From: Lama guanicoe
Lineage: Eukaryota
Assembly: GCA_013239625.1 (NCBI GenBank)
Contig: MU053994.1
Span: 4,321,434-4,385,433 of the forward strand
Length of the DNA: 64,000 bases
Reading direction: 5' to 3'
Shown: in pieces, positions 61,942 through 64,000 of the stretch
Layout: every line of letters begins with the position of its first letter
Numbering within the stretch: the first letter of the stretch is position 1
Program-made: the position numbers and the translations under genes
Notes under the pieces: generated by a model
The model's database searches: none
What the model was told of the DNA's origin: nothing
What the model saw: the letters and a program-made list of their open reading frames with translations, nothing else

Positions 61942-62459
61942 TGTTCCTCTGAGGGACGAAAACAATATCACAGCATATCAACATCAGACAAGGACTTCCC
62001 AGGACTGTGATGGAACAAAACAATACAAACACCACTTCATTACGCCACAATGGGACCTAAACAGAGCTAAGAACAGAATCATTAGGCAGAGAATCACCAA
62101 ACACCACTACACCCCACCTTCTCGGTTAACATGACTGACAACTGCTTCTTCACTGAATACTCTAACCCCATTTTCCCTCTCCTACCTCCTAGATGAAAAT
62201 TAAGGGAGTCAGTTTATCAAACTGCCCCAGATTCCTAACAGCAGTCAATTCAAAACAGACCCTTCCCTCCTAAACCTTCCCACCAAGAAAACCTAAAGCC
62301 TCAATCCTAGAATAAGCAACTCCCTTCCCCGTACTCATTTCCTCTTTCAGAGACTCTCCACTGTTTGCATGGTGTGCATTCTCCCTTGCTGCAATAATAA
62401 TAACCCTCACTTTACGGACTAAAAGTGGTCCTGGTGATCTTTGGTTGGTGGATATAACA
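61942..62459 (+). mobile_element. ERV1-class solo LTR (MER90/MER110-like)
   Basis: TG...CA termini; ATATCAACATCAGACAAGG, GGTGTGCATTCTCCCTTGCTGCAATAATAATAACCC. Confidence 0.6.
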
Positions 62460-63744
62460 GGGAAAAACTTGGAAAGTGGTTTTCTGAGCTGCGGAAAGTG
62501 GGAGACCTCTCTTATGTCTTCCATTCTACTACCCCCTGAAGACCTTCCACTTTGGAAGCCACTGAGGCAGATAATCTCTAGAACGGCTAAAATCCATATT
62601 TTCATGGCGTTGATGATGATAATCTCAGTCCCTGGAAGTAATAATAGCCTTTACCCAGCTTTTGAATCGAGACAGTCTCTTGAAAGAACTGGAATGTTTG
62701 TTTTAACATTAGTGTTGGGTCTGAGAATGTGATCAACACAGTTAACAGAGAGGCTGTTATTTATATAGAAAAATCATTTTGACGTCTCTTTAGAAGTTTA
62801 ATATTTTTCCCAGTGCTCTCAATTTCCCTCTACACTTGGTCTGTGGCATTGGCGAGAGGAATTCCATTTTTGCTGACTTAAAAGAGATTGATCCATGAAT
62901 GTGCTTTCCTTAGCTTCCTGCTGATAAATGCTTTCCCCCTGCTATTTTTCTGAGTTATTTCTGTCCCTGGATTCTCATCTTGAATAAGCAGACAGGGAAT
63001 TGATATGAAGAACAGACTTGAATATTTGGGATGTTTTCCAGAATGCACTGGCCAATGATGGAAGGCTGTGACGGAGCAAAGAAAATTTGATTTGTGAGAG
63101 TTATTTTTAGAATTTTAAATACACCCAAATGTCAAACTTAGTTTTTTGAAAGGTGAGAGCGAGTATGTATAAACTTCTTTTTGAATCCTACTAAAATCCT
63201 TAAAAAATTTGCTATCTGTCATCTAATCTATATTGTCTCATTGAAGAGTTCTAGGAAGGAATTTTCACATCATTTTTTGTTGTTTAAATATGTATAATAG
63301 ATAGCACAGTGAGAGAACTCCGAGACTAAAAGAATATTGAAGCTGTAAGAGTAGATTTTCATTTGTGACTGTAATTCTTTGCTTTTAGGAAAAGTGAGGT
63401 GGGCAGGAGGAGCAGCAGTGGTAAGAGCAGAAGAGAGAAACCATCCTCCCATATTACGCTCATCCATCCAAGCATGGCCTATATTTTAGGACTGGGGCTC
63501 AGTTGGGAAGAGATGATCATGGAGCAAAGTCTAGAGCCTGGTGATGTGGACACAGTGAAGCAAGAGTCCAGCAGAGAAGGAAAATTTAACTTTAATACAC
63601 TGCTAGGAACTTTTAAAAGAAAGTGCTCTTCCATCGCTTTTCAATCTTTTAAAAGACTTTTCAAATTTATTATCTCATTGGAAATCTGGAAAACTGCAGG
63701 GAAGTAAGTAAGGCTGGTAAAACTATAAAATGTGAATGTAGTTA

Positions 63745-63980
63745 GGACCCAGGACACTGTAGTCAGGGGCCAAGATTCTTATCTTAGTGAAGCCACTTGC
63801 CAAATACTAACCTTGGACAATTTATGAAACCTCTCTAAACCATAATTTTCTGAAAAATAGTACCTAAGTCAAATGAGACCTGTGAGGATTACATAAGAAA
63901 ATGAATGAAAAACTCTTAGCATAGGCCCTGCCACACTGTAGGCCCAGTATACAGATTAGCTGGCACTATTACTGCTGTCA
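63745..63980 (+). mobile_element. MIR
   Basis: ACCTTGGACAATTTATGAAACCTCTCTAAACC...TGTGAGGATTA...CTTAGCATAGGCCCTGCCACACTGTAGG. Confidence 0.65.
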
Positions 63981-64000
63981 TTATGGTCTAGCACTGAACA

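Noticed and set aside
1..64000. Six-frame ORFs of 60-148 aa as protein-coding genes
   Set aside because: They are short, often start at non-ATG codons, mostly overlap repeats, and none resembles a cellular protein I recognise. The recognisable ones are L1 ORF2 or MaLR remnants.

Overview
AT-rich mammalian genomic DNA, intergenic or deep-intronic, with no protein-coding exon I can support. Six tRNA-derived SINEs of the Vic-1 type (GGGGAGGGTATAGCTCAGTGGTAGAG...GTCCTGGGTTCAATCCCCAGTACCTCC) and artiodactyl-type L1 3' ends point to a camelid genome (alpaca, llama or camel); this is an inference. A large part of the window is interspersed repeat: young and old L1, L2, MIR, L3, MaLR/ERVL/ERV1 LTRs including a near-complete MLT1 provirus, and hAT and mariner MITEs. 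All listed ORFs are either repeat remnants or chance ORFs. The most distinctive items are products of L1 machinery: a 3'-truncated U5 snRNA retrocopy with an A-tail and perfect TSD (28985-29035, minus); a TSD-bounded chimera of a young L1 segment fused to an old L1M 3' end (17738-18252); short extra tags after L1 tails; and two structural classes of the SINE. I found no convincing novel biological system. Repeat subfamily names come from recalled consensus sequences, and old-repeat boundaries are approximate; both need RepeatMasker/Dfam confirmation.
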